A stretch of 63,473 nucleotides of DNA, the filler included, from Choristocarpus tenellus KU-1152 (taxonomy: Eukaryota; Protista; Phaeophyceae): the NCBI GenBank assembly GCA_964200185.2. It is 8 parts of 8 records of this genome, joined end to end, with 100 filler letters (N's around TTAATTAATTAA, not from the genome) between each part and the next. Parts side by side here need not be neighbours in the genome. Positions count along the whole stretch, not along the records: positions 1 to 6,958 come from CAXNAD020006969.1; positions 7,059 to 10,073 come from CAXNAD020022919.1; positions 10,174 to 14,135 come from CAXNAD020016914.1; 5 more parts are not named here. One strand, written 5' to 3'. Below, piece by piece: positions 1-11,302 of this stretch. A model generated the notes under the pieces. It was not told the origin of the DNA, did no database searches, and saw only the letters and a program-made list of their open reading frames with translations. Numbering within the stretch: the first letter of the stretch is position 1; every line of letters starts with the position of its first letter. The position numbers and the translations under genes were made by a program.

Positions 1-71
1 CCTAAAAATCGCGAAATGAAAAAATTGACCCCAAATGGACAGCCGCCACCCCCTCCCAGATACTTTGAGCC
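1..71. mobile_element. MITE family A, partial copy at window edge
   Basis: Ends in CCCAGATACTTTGAGCC. Interior CCCCAAATGGACAGCCGCCACC matches the full copies at 9541-9714 and 34039-34217. Confidence 0.85.
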
Positions 72-638
72 TTGTTGGAACTGGGAAGGTAATGACTTGT
101 CAGTTTTCCAAGATGATACGTTTCTGTGTGGTATAATACACAACCCCGCCTCACAGCATCGCGGTATCCTGATAGGCAAGGGGTGGGTGGAGACAGCAAG
201 AAAACAGCAAAAAACGAAGTGGTCATAGTGTGAAAGAAAATCCCTTGCCACTTCTTAGCCTTCAATATGTTGCCTAGAGTGCACGAAGAGATAAATTGCC
301 TCAATGAATGGTGACACTTCTACCAAAACAGTGGAATTGATGCCTGTTTGTCTCTCGCGCCTTACACTCGTGGAAGGTGTGACCTTGTTAGTAATACTGA
401 TCACAAGAGTACGTACAGTGTCCTCAAGTACAACTAATTACTACTACTACTGTTGACAACCTACTCATTTCCTTGAGAGTTAGAAGGTAAGATCGAGTCG
501 GTAGGGAGTACATTTTAGTTTTACTCGAAGAAGATTTGTTTATTGTTAAGATATATGTAGACGCGAGCGCGCGCTTTATCCCACAACACAATAATACATT
601 ATCCCCCTCTCTCCATTTTTACTCTTGATACTTGTCCC

Positions 639-2560
639 ATGGACAAGGAAGTATCGAAAGTGGATGGAGTAAAGAGTGGAAACATAAGAGAGAGTAGTGC
701 GAGTAACAACTTCGAATCGTCAGGAATTAAATGTTGGCCAGGAAACTATGTCCCAAGTTCGCAAGAGGGATGCCATATTGTGCACTACGACGCGCCCTGG
801 ATCATTGCTGAGTCTCCGTTCGACCCGGAAGAGTACGGACTAGAACAGGATGATGACGTGCCTGATATGAGCATTGATCCAGAGACACGGACTCTTAGGT
901 AATTATCATCTCCAATTTGTACTCTTGCACTCTTCTCCTTGCCGATGTGCTGTTGGTCAGGACCATCACATGACACACGATGCAGGTGCACTCAAGACCC
1001 TATCCTGCTCCGTCAACTCCAATCCCTAACAGCGTCATCAACACCCATGCAGAGGCGGAAAAATCTTTCTTCATCACAACAAGCCATAGAGTTCTGAATG
1101 CTTCTAACCAACCCATGGCGACGGGGGTGTGGAGAGACGAAGGTGGGAAAGAGAAGCAGGTAGTTACTCTGGTGCTGGTTACCCGACCACGACAGGTTCT
1201 GGATGTTTGTTACCTGGACCTAAGCGACGGTGAGCTCGTTGAAGGTTTTGGGATTATTTAGCTCTGCAAGTATACTTTGTACGTGTTATGTCCTATTCCT
1301 GCCTTCGTCTCATTGATGCTACTCCAGGTCCTCTTCTCCACATTTCACAGGTAAGCACTCTCACTTCGTCTCATCCAGTACTCTCCCACCATCTCCAATA
1401 CTCCAATATTGTACATTGCTTTGCAGCACAGGCCAACGGCGAGGAGCCTCTCGATCTGTACTCAGACATCAAGACATTATTTCCCCACCCTGACCCGCAC
1501 ACTTGGATTCCCTCAAGGGCTTATAATTTTCCTCTTGGAGGAGATGTGCCACGGCTTTGCTCGCAGGTGAAATTGACATCCCTTTTCTCCTACAATGTCA
1601 TTCATATCTTTAACATAGGGTTCATACATTCATTTTCAAATAAACTGCTCTCTGCGTATGCTAAAGAAACTTTATTGTAGGCAGCAAGGGTGAAACGACG
1701 ATGCTCACATGAAAAAACTTATTTTGCTCTCTTTTATGTGGCCCTGTGTGTTAATCGATCGGAATTGAATGTGCAATACAACGTTCCCTCTCCTTTGATT
1801 TTCACATGTGTTCATGAAACTACCGTTCCCTCTTCAACAGGGTGTGGGTGGCTGTTTCACACATTTCTACCCAGGAACTTTGCATGCCCTGGACTTTGAA
1901 TGCCCCGTGGGCACACCCGTGCTTGCTCTAGCTGCTGGAGTTGTTCGTGAGGTACGACAGGCAGTAACTGCTGGGGGAATACATGCTCAAGGACTATTCG
2001 ATTGGAACTCGGTGAGTCAATCATCAAGTTATGTTACTCAGCGAAGAATCGAGCGTGGTCCACATACTTTAGTATCCCAACACATCCCAACAATGAAGAT
2101 TAGGCTGGCGCAGAGATATGCCCATTCCTTTCCTTAATGCATCCCATCAAAGAAATATGTCACCAGCAATAATTTTAATGTGGTTTCTGGACACCCTTTT
2201 GCTTAGGTATCTGTCCTCCAAGATGATGGTCTACTTGCTGAGTATGTACACATCCTTGCAGGATCTGCCCTCGTTTGTCCTGGGGATCATGTATCCACAG
2301 GGCAGCAACTGTGTGCTTCTGGAGATGCTGGGTTTTGCCCCACCCCACACCTCCATGTCCAGGTTCAGGAGGGTGATGGTGATAGCGCCCCTACTTGCCA
2401 ATTTGCTTTGCTGGACAAAGAGGGAAGGGCATATGTGCCTGTTGCTGGAAGGTGGTATGGACCACAGGGGGCCTCTCCCAATAGGAGTGAAGCACTGCTA
2501 GTGGGGATGGACCGAAAAGGAATATTATGTCAACAAGGACAGATAGACGTTTCTAAATAG
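639..2560 (+). CDS. Peptidase family M23 zinc metalloendopeptidase, 5 exons (639-898, 1033-1229, 1427-1566, 1841-2011, 2207-2560)
   Basis: Manual GT-AG splicing gives phase-consistent exons and one ORF ending at TAG 2558-2560. C-terminal half reads YNFPLGG..RLCSQGVGGCFTHFYPGTLHALDFECPVGTPVLALAAGVVREV...EYVHI..GSALVCPGDHVSTGQQLCASGDAGFCPTPHLHVQV, with the M23 hallmarks H...D, GTPVLA, YxH, GQ..SG..G and PHLH. Confidence 0.88.
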
Positions 2561-3995
2561 GTGTTTGTTAACTGTGCACAATCTCCAGACCTATTAATAG
2601 GGCAACAGAGTATCTTGCTATTGTAGGATCACATACTGTGTGGGTAGACAAGAGTACCGTCTGATGTTCACTCCATTTCCCTTGACTCAGGCCGAGACAG
2701 CACAGATTATAAATAGACAAAGAATCAGCTCCATGAGCAGGGCTGATCTCGTCCTCAATAAAAAGTGCACCCTGTACCACCCATTTGCAGACAATGAAAC
2801 TGTAATGAGATTTGATTGGAACATGGCTGGAGATCAACAACAATGGAAAGTGATGCATTACAACACCTTTTAATTGACATTGAGATTGTCGCTTGTTAAA
2901 ACCCTTCTTGTGACATAGTGTGGTCAGTGTTGAACAGTGTGGAAAGTCTTGAATTACTTAAATCGCATGTAGTGGTAAATACTTGGTAGATAAACCAGAA
3001 AATTAATAGTTTTGATATTTTCAGCTCAGTCGAGTTAGCCACCAGTCAAGATAACTGACCTCTCTCCCAAGAATATGTTGTCTGACTACTTTATAGGAGG
3101 GGTTCAGTGGAACAGTATGAAATACACATCTGATGGGGAAAGGTATACCGCACTTACTGTCAACTACTTCAACCAAAATTGACCTTATATCATTAACTGG
3201 AGCGCACTACCCACTGAGAATAATAATTTGGCAAATAAAGTCGATTTTGGAATTACTATGTTGTCCCTGCTGAGTAATGGTCAAAAATATATATCAGAAA
3301 TGAGGACAACATGAAAAAATCACAATCCAACAACAGGATGAAACCTGGTGAAAACAAGTCCAATTCCTACAGTATGTCCACAATTTCATTGTGGTGAGTT
3401 TGTCAAGCGCATGCTGGGGGGGGTACAAAATGGTCAAGAGAGAGAGAGAGAGAGAGTGGGATGAAGCACACGCACAGTGTTCTGGGCTGGTGGGGTTTCT
3501 CTGACATTTCAAGCAGGGAAGGGGACTTGGGTGCTGTCTTGCAAGCAATGCTTGTGTTGACCTTTCAATCAGATGTGTGTGTGTTCTAAAACGCTTTGTT
3601 AGAAACACTGCACATGATACATTGGTGTGGCTTGTCAACAATATTGTGTGTGGCACACTGGGATTGCTGTGTATGAGCAGTGCACAAAGCAATGCTGGGA
3701 GTTGAGTCGGTTGGTTATAGTTATCAGGTGACCAATGTAACAACTCTATACCTTGTACACAATGCATTCCTGTGCTTCGCAAAAAGCTACATTGTCTAAA
3801 CGAAAAGCTACAATATATTCAATATTAACCTGTATCATTCCTATGCATTCTCTAAAATGCTAACACAGTATGTAGTGCTTACATATCTCTCTTGGGCCGA
3901 GGCCGGATGAAGGGAGGGAGGAGGTGGTGTCCAGATTTCTAATCCGTGGATATCTCATTCACAGGCAATACCTGGCTATCTAATTTAGAAGAGGA

Positions 3996-4254
3996 GAGCC
4001 AAACCATTTTAGAGGGTAGGGTCGTTTCCGTTTGGGATCATAAATTCAATGTTCCGATTTTGATGAGTTTTTACTGTTGTGTTCGTTAGGAAGTGTTAAT
4101 ATCCTTGCTCCGGATACACCTTTCATAGTCGTATACATTTTAGGTAACTGTGTTCACACAGAAAACCTAAAAAGGGGAATAAAAAACCTGCGGGAAGCCA
4201 AGCCCCAAACGGACAAACAGGGCAAAACTCCTACCCTCTTAAATGCTTTCACTT
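3996..4254. mobile_element. MITE family B, diverged full copy, TSD AGGA
   Basis: GAGCCAAACCATTTTAGAGGGTAG ... CTACCCTCTTAAATGCTTTCACTT, flanked by AGGA on both sides. Homologous to 48087-48344. Confidence 0.85.
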
Positions 4255-5092
4255 AGGAATAGCAGCATATGAAGAAAATAGATGCCTTCTTCTAATACTG
4301 ATGTCATTTTGAGAGTCTAGTGACGAGAGTTACAAGCTGGCTCTCAATACAACAGTACAGGGCAAGCAGCGCCTACACATTCTCTAAAATAGTAGTGAAT
4401 TCGCAATTACCACTGCCAGCGCTGCCTGCTTGCAGTCCTTGCATAGGACTCAAATCATAACTGATCACATGTGGACATGCCGCCAACTACTAACCTAGTC
4501 ACCAACCCAAATTATATTAGGTCACTGCCAAGACAGATTTTCAAAAACAGAAGGAACACAAAAATGATATTTGATAATAAAATGTAACAAATTGTGGGCA
4601 GCACATTCTAGCACTCGTATGCCTTCCATCCTAATAAAATACCATGCCAAGTTCATAACAAGACAAATGATTGAGATTTTGAAAATGTCTTGTTAAGAAA
4701 TGCCATGCGTATCATGTTCTGCTCATTTTCTTCTATGGACAACTCTAGACTCAAGATTTGTCCATATTATACCTGCAAACAGACATTTGTCAATATATGG
4801 TTGAATAAGTGCTACAGGCACCATTTCATTGGTTGACCTGAGATACGTATAACTCAGTGGGGGCATGTCAAACTAGCAAGACTTGCCTGCATAGATAGGT
4901 GACCCCTCAGCATAACAACATCTGGATCAAAGGTCCTGACCTTGGAGAAAAAATGGGACACGCAACTACTCATCACATGCCCAAGTAAGAGCATGCACAT
5001 CTCAACACCAACACACAGCTACTATGCCATTTTATGTACTAGGTGAATCGAAATTGGATACATCGAACTTGGATGCGCCAAATATAAGTAGT

Positions 5093-6340
5093 TTAATGGA
5101 GTAGGGTATTTTCAACTTCCAAAGATATGCACACCAAATGAAACGTCACATAATCAAGGACGTCATCAATAACATAGGATTTAGTTCCGTACCTACACAT
5201 ACCCTTCAAGAAGGCACCATGCCAAGGCATTTTCCAGAAAGGTGTGGTACAATTGTCCAGAGCAGGAATAGATTGCAGTGGATCATATGTCCACTGCCAA
5301 GAGCTTGCGTTTAAAGCTGAGCCTTTCTCCAGCGGGTCTTGGGCATATTTTCTGGCCACATCAGATGTTTTCTTGTTGTAGCACTTTATAACTCTTCGAA
5401 GCAGGCAATGCACAATCTCGTCTTCATGATATTCTCTTGGCAAAAAGCCAGCTTCCCCATTTGAGTTTGCCCCAGCCGCGAGTAACTCCTTCATGATATC
5501 TGGGTATTCCTTAATGGTAGCATAAAACAGGGTACAAATTCCAACTTTGGTCAACATTGTGCAATCTGCTATCACCGCCAGCAAGCATCGCAGCATATTC
5601 TCGAATTTTCTCCGAGCAGCAACATTGTCCCGGGATGTTGCTGCTTCGGGATCCACCCCCACTTTTAGCAGTTCTCTCACTACTCCGACATATCCTCCAT
5701 CAATGGTGATGAGAAGTGGATTGTATCCATAAATCGTTGCCGCCTCTAGATCCTCGTGGACAGCCAATATCAATTTCACCACCTCCAAGTTTCCTTGATG
5801 ACAACGTACATGACATGATGACATGAAGAGCCTTCGCTCCGAGGTGTTAGTCTCCGAGTTTTAGTCACCACAGCGAGATTAGCACCACTTTTCAGTAGCT
5901 CATGCACAGCTTCCACATGATGTTTTTGAGCGGAAATGTGGAGGGGTGTGGCAAGAAATATACTTGCATTTATTGACAACTTAGGACGTGCTCTGGCTAT
6001 AAGTAGGTCTCGGATCACTTCCAGGCGGCCTCCTTCGGCATCTGTAGATGAGGGAGTACCTCAACAAATTACTTCGACTCTAGCAGGTCAAAAGTGATCA
6101 GACTCCATCCCTGACCAGTCTGTGACATCACCACCACTTGTCCTTAACTTGCGGTAGTACATATGGTATAAGTGGATAGTGTTCCCTTTTCGTCGAGATG
6201 AACCTGGTCAGACATGGAGTAAAACACGCGTTCTGTATCCGTAATTAGAATGCTACTCATGATGAAGGTCACCCTATCGATATATGTGTTGGTCAGAGGC
6301 GAACGGCTTGATGACATTTCGAAAATTTTGACCTCCATCT
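5093..6340 (-). pseudogene. Decayed intronless ankyrin-repeat protein gene
   Basis: Ankyrin motifs lie in different frames: TPLHISAQKHHVEAVHELLKSGAN (5776-6018), then GNLEVVKLIL, GYNPLLITIDGGYVGVVRELLKVG and KELLAAGAN (5093-5824). Frameshift near 5820; stop near 6144. Confidence 0.7.
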
Positions 6341-6958
6341 CCTGATATACCTCCTCGTTTTCTGTTTGGTAACATTGGCCTCCTCAGTCCATCTCTCGCT
6401 GGTCCGTTTGAGAACAGGGGCTGCTTCACTCACATAAATCTCCTCTTGCGGAATTGTTCTTGGTCGTCCCCGGCGATCAGAACCTACACCCCTCTTCTCA
6501 GTTCATCATCCAGGTTCTGTGATGCCAACCTCACCAACCAATCCAACATCGTTGCAGCCATTCTCTACTTCCGTGCAATTTCTAATCGAGCACCTCGTTA
6601 GACCTTGCCAAAGATCTTGCCCAAACGAAAGTAGTCTCTATAGGCATCTGCGCAGTTGGAATGAGGACGTCCTTCATTCATATTTCCCATCGTGGCAGGT
6701 CTGTTTTCAGTTCGTGCAGCTGAATCTCGAGAATTTGAAACTCTGGTGGTGCCTTGTAACCACGTTCCTCAGGAACAAGGCAACCAAACGGAACAAGGCA
6801 ATTTAAACTTTTTCAACCCTGTTTTTACCCTTACGACAAGGTACTCTACCTTCACCGGCACCACTCTTGACAACGACAAACACGCAGACGTTAAGATGGA
6901 GTTTTAAAACTGTGCAAAATAGGACAATAGTGAAGTGTATCTTATTTTGTGTATATGA

Positions 6959-7058
6959 NNNNNNNNNNNNNNNNNNNNNNNNNNNNNNNNNNNNNNNNNN
7001 NNTTAATTAATTAANNNNNNNNNNNNNNNNNNNNNNNNNNNNNNNNNNNNNNNNNNNN
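6959..7058. other. Artificial contig linker N44-TTAATTAATTAA-N44 (also 10074-10173, 14136-14235, 17715-17814, 28762-28861, 56579-56678, 59581-59680)
   Basis: The same 100-nt spacer occurs 7 times. TTAATTAATTAA places stop codons in all six frames. Confidence 0.97.
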
Positions 7059-7699
7059 CCCCCCCGCCCTCATACACAAAAAAGAGCTCTTCTCAATTGA
7101 ACAAGAAAGAGTGATTTTGCACCGTAAAAAAGAATCAACTACCAAACAAAAACACAAAATCGTGCCAAATCATGAAGTATTGATTCTGTGCCATGTAACT
7201 CCACTTTTTCAGATCCGTAAGTCTTTACATCAACAATAACTGTCAGGCTTATTATTAATCCACTTCTGCTAAAAGAATCTCCATTCATGACCCCACCATA
7301 CTCCTCACCATCTCTACCAATCTATCTACAAGTACTACCTGGATATGACAAAAAATTGTCTTCCACTTTGAAGGCATACTTCTCCTTCTTCCCCCCCTGT
7401 CCAAAGAGTCACTGTTGCATCCAACAATATATTTTTTTTAAATTGGTGCTATGAATCTTTATGCCGTATCATCACGTCCCTCTCTCAACACTACATGTGA
7501 AAGAGGTTTCAATTAAACAGCTTTATGCCAACAATCCTCCAACGAGATATCTTAGCCTAAATCCACATATGGCACGATTGACTCTACTTGATCAGAAACC
7601 TCGTTGCAATAGGTGATCGCCATGTACATCCAACTGTTTGAGTCAACCACTACATAGATTACACAAAAAACAGGATTGACGAAGGGAAAAAATGGATAC

Positions 7700-8821
7700 C
7701 GAAATAAGGGAGGTAGCTGCAAGAGACCCAAGGTTTAAAACCAACTCCGAGCAAGCGAGCAATCACACAAGCAATGAATTCACCAATCAAAACTCCATAC
7801 ACTGCAAAGTAGGACTACCATGCAAAAATCCAAATATTGAACGGTCGTCTTCAGCTTTTCCAAAGAGGACAGAGCACGGATTTTGTAAGAACACATGAAC
7901 GTGCCTACATTTACGTTGACCTTGGAGGTGGTTTGTTCAGTGGATAGACTCGAGCAAGCACTCACAAAAAATACTGCCGTATCATCGTCAGGAGAGTGCC
8001 AAAATTGGTTGTCATCAGAGTCATTCGGGGCAGAGACACTGCTAGCGATTGAACGCAGGAGGACGCGTGATAATAGACTTCAAAGAGATTCTACAAATCT
8101 AGCTCAGTGATGAATTCGCAGCAACCACAAAAGTCATACACAGTGCAGACTGCCCCCCCCTTGCCGAAACAAGTTGAAGAAATAATCGCTGGAGTAAGTT
8201 CTACTTCGCTCAGGTAACTATCCTACGCTGGAAACACATGACAACTTGTACAAACCACACAGTAATTTACCCCTTGCAAGTTGTTCATCTACTCCCCCAA
8301 CAAAGTTGTTGGAACGGACAGGGGCTCTACCGAAGTGGAGAGTTGCAGCAAGGTGCCAAGGAAAGTGAAAGGGATAAACGAACAAAGGAGCATTTCACAT
8401 CTAGGGAGCTAAGGAGGAGTTATGATGCGGGTGAGAAGAGCCGGAAGAATGTTGGGAGCAAAAAAAAGAGCTGCAACAAAGCATTCACTCTCAGAACAGC
8501 CCCATTTTTTCGCTTACCCTGTCCCTGTAGATTTGGCCGGAGCCTTGGTTTTGCTGGCCTTGCGCATCTTCCCAATGTTTGTAGCCGGTATGAGCGCTCA
8601 CGCGCCTCACCTCACCCACTCTAAAGAAAAGAACGCCCAACGACAAAGGTTTCGCTTCGGGGAAGCACAAGAAATTTGCTGTCCTTCGATCAAGGCTTTG
8701 TGGTTACCCCTTCTTCCCAGCGTATGATATCCACCAAGACGCGTAAAAACACTGTCCCGCGTCACACGGTCTTCCTCCTACCTCTCACTGTCAACAACCA
8801 AGCTTCGCTGTCTGGGGAACA
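7700..8821 (-). CDS. Probable multi-small-exon gene fragment, unknown protein (possible discoidin/galactose-binding-like domain)
   Basis: Phase-compatible candidate exons at ~8821-8782, ~8621-8518, ~8222-8140 and ~8038-7966, with donors GTAGGA, GTAAGC, GTATGA and GTGAGT. They read ..FPRQRSLVVDSER/VGEVRRVSAHTGYKHWEDAQGQQNQGSGQIYRDR/DSYLSEVELTPAIISSTCFGKGGAVCTV/VSAPNDSDDNQFWHSPDDDTAVFF. Start and end are not resolved. Confidence 0.35.
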
Positions 8822-8987
8822 CTGTCAAATGGGAGGATAGGTGTCAGAGTGGTAATGATGCGGTGTGTCTTGTAGGATAAGTAGGTGTTTTCCTTGCTGT
8901 TCGTCCCTTCCCATCTTCAAAACATCTCCAATATGAGAAAACACACTACTACTAATCCTACTAACAAGGACTTAACTATAAAAAAAA

Positions 8988-9000
8988 GTATATATATATT

Positions 9001-9027
<27 letters not shown>
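8988..9027. repeat. (TA)n-(GA)n compound microsatellite
   Basis: tatatatatatt followed by about 13 GA units. Confidence 0.9.
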
Positions 9028-9031
<4 letters not shown>

Positions 9032-9540
9032 TTTTGAAGTATTTCACAACAATTTATGTATCTGTAAAATGTGAAAGGGCATAATAAACGTTACTACAAC
9101 ACTATTCGTACGTTTTTGATAGGTGTCCTACAATTTCAGGTATTTAAGATACTATAGTATTGTTACTGTAACAGAGTTGTGACACTCGTTCGGCTTCTTC
9201 GCAGATACATCTCGAAAAATGTGAAAAACCATAGTAATATAATACTACCCCAACACTTCTCCAAAATATAAGAAAATATAATAATATATGGAAATGCTAC
9301 TACTGTTGTCTTTACTCTATTATAGACAATTCAATGCAGTCTTGTTTTGCTTCCCAAACACACCTTCAAAATTGAAGTGCGTACTTCAAAACTTCAATCC
9401 TACGATCAAACCAGTTCCAAAGTATACCCCTCTATTTATTACTACTATATACTCACACCCTATGTTGGACGTTCTAACTGGATTTTGGATACTCTTCGTG
9501 TCACTAATCCCACAACACTACTACTGCTGTTTTTGTCAAA

Positions 9541-9714
9541 GGCCCAGAGTATCTGGGGGGGGGATCTACACCAGGGTGTCCATTTGGACCAAAATAAGGC
9601 AATGTGCATTTAAAATATCCATCCGACGTATGCAACCAAATCACCCAAAAATCGCGACATAAAAAAATCAACCCCAAACGGACAGTCGCAACCCCCCACC
9701 AGATACTTTGAGCC
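9541..9714. mobile_element. MITE family A, full copy, TSD AAA
   Basis: GGCCCAGAGTATCTGGGGG ... CCAGATACTTTGAGCC, flanked by AAA/AAA. Confidence 0.9.
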
Positions 9715-10049
9715 AAAGGTTTATCTGCTATCATGCCGTCCTTGTCATATACCATACACTGTCATACTGTTTGAGTTTTCTTGTCAGGATTCCCTTGGAG
9801 GATCTTCAGTGAGACAGAGTCCATGGAATCTCTTCAAAAGACAAGTCCCATAGGTGACCCCTACTCATTCAGAGATACCAAGAGTCAAGGGAGTCCCATT
9901 GATGTCGCCTCTTGTCTCTCTGATGATCTACTTGTACCTTCCCTCTCTCTCCACTCTCCATACTTGTCCTTGTCCAACCTTACCCTCTTCCTCTTGTTTA
10001 TGGTTTGTCCTTTTCCGTTTTCTCCAGTGATTTTCTTCATCACCCTTAC

Positions 10050-10073
10050 GACCCAAAGTATCTGGGAGGGGGG
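10050..10073. mobile_element. MITE family A end truncated by contig break (same at 17690-17714; opposite ends at 14236-14291 and 17838-17886)
   Basis: GACCCAAAGTATCTGGGAGGGGG runs directly into the N linker. Confidence 0.8.
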
Positions 10074-10681
10074 NNNNNNNNNNNNNNNNNNNNNNNNNNN
10101 NNNNNNNNNNNNNNNNNTTAATTAATTAANNNNNNNNNNNNNNNNNNNNNNNNNNNNNNNNNNNNNNNNNNNNGTGGGCGGTGCGAAACCTGCCTGGGAC
10201 CTTCTTCACTATGGTGATGTTTACCCGCTCCAGGGTCTCCATCTCGACTTGGTCAAGGAGAATATATCCCATTCAAAAAGGGGCCCTTAAAAAGTGCCGC
10301 AACATTTACAAAAAAAACTTCCGGGCACTTTCCGCGCACCATTTTGGTTCAAACTCATCCTCGATGAAATGCCCCATCCTCAATTTTGCCGAGAGGGTGT
10401 TATAGATAGTGAAGTAACAAAATGGATTAGTATATTCAGCATTTATGACATTTTATTTCTTTGGTTTCCTCCCTGGAAAATGTCAGAGGGTATAATAATA
10501 AAAATATATGTGATTAAATTTTGTGGGTCAAAGTCTATCTATTGTTCTACCGTGTCCCTCGACAACCTAAACTAATTCTATTCTTGGTTTATATATGTAG
10601 GTAGATGTAGACAACTATTGAATTGTTAAACTTGATGTAGAGGGACCTCATTCCAAAATATATCCACCACCAAATAATACG

Positions 10682-11302
10682 ATGAGACCTGTGTTGCCTT
10701 GGATCATCTGCTTCTCTATTGCTACGCTCGATTTACTACGACGTAACCACATCATTGTCTACAGATTCCGAGGGGGTGTGGATGCCACCACTCATAATCG
10801 TCCTGGAGATCGACGGAATGGAGATCATACATTCCCCCTCCCAGTTATGATCACTGACGCTGTAGAGGATGGAGGGAAAACATGCGCTAGTATGTGGGAA
10901 TCATGCGCAGAGAATCCTTGCTGTGAAGGTGAGGATGAAGGAGTCTGCAGGGGAGATGTTGGCGAGATGCGCAGATGTATTCCTCCGGATATGATAGGAC
11001 GGAATGTTGAGGCGATGTTCACAAGGGATTGCTCCCTACGATGGGATGAGTGTGATGCCAATGTGGGACCCGAGAATGCAAACTATCAACTTGGCAGGAG
11101 AACTGGTTGCTGCTCCATACTCGATCGTTGCGTTCAGGTCATACCTGCAAACCCAGAAGACCGTGTAAAATATATGGTTACCAGTCGATGCCAACCAGCT
11201 GATCCTCCCCTGAAGACCCTTCAAGAACAATGGGAGGAAGTCCAGATGGAACAGAGGCATACCAGGGGAAGGACGGGCACTCAACAAACTGCGATACGGT
11301 AG
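10682..11302 (+). CDS. Putative secreted cysteine-rich protein with two cystine-knot/CBM1-like modules
   Basis: 206-aa single-exon ORF with hydrophobic N-terminus (MRPVLPWIICFSIATL). Two 6-Cys modules: CASMWESC-x4-CC-x7-C-x9-C and CSLRWDEC-x18-CC-x5-C-x19-C, both with the C-x3-W-x2-C start. Confidence 0.7.
   Translation: MRPVLPWIICFSIATLDLLRRNHIIVYRFRGGVDATTHNRPGDRRNGDHTFPLPVMITDAVEDGGKTCASMWESCAENPCCEGEDEGVCRGDVGEMRRCIPPDMIGRNVEAMFTRDCSLRWDECDANVGPENANYQLGRRTGCCSILDRCVQVIPANPEDRVKYMVTSRCQPADPPLKTLQEQWEEVQMEQRHTRGRTGTQQTAIR

Noticed and set aside
6959-7058. TTAATTAATTAA palindrome repeated seven times
   Set aside because: It always sits between two runs of 44 N, so it is a synthetic contig spacer, not biology.
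10174-10270. Possible minus-strand gene start (MGYILLDQVEMETLERVNITIVKKVPGRFRTAH) running into the gap
   Set aside because: Too short and truncated to support a call.
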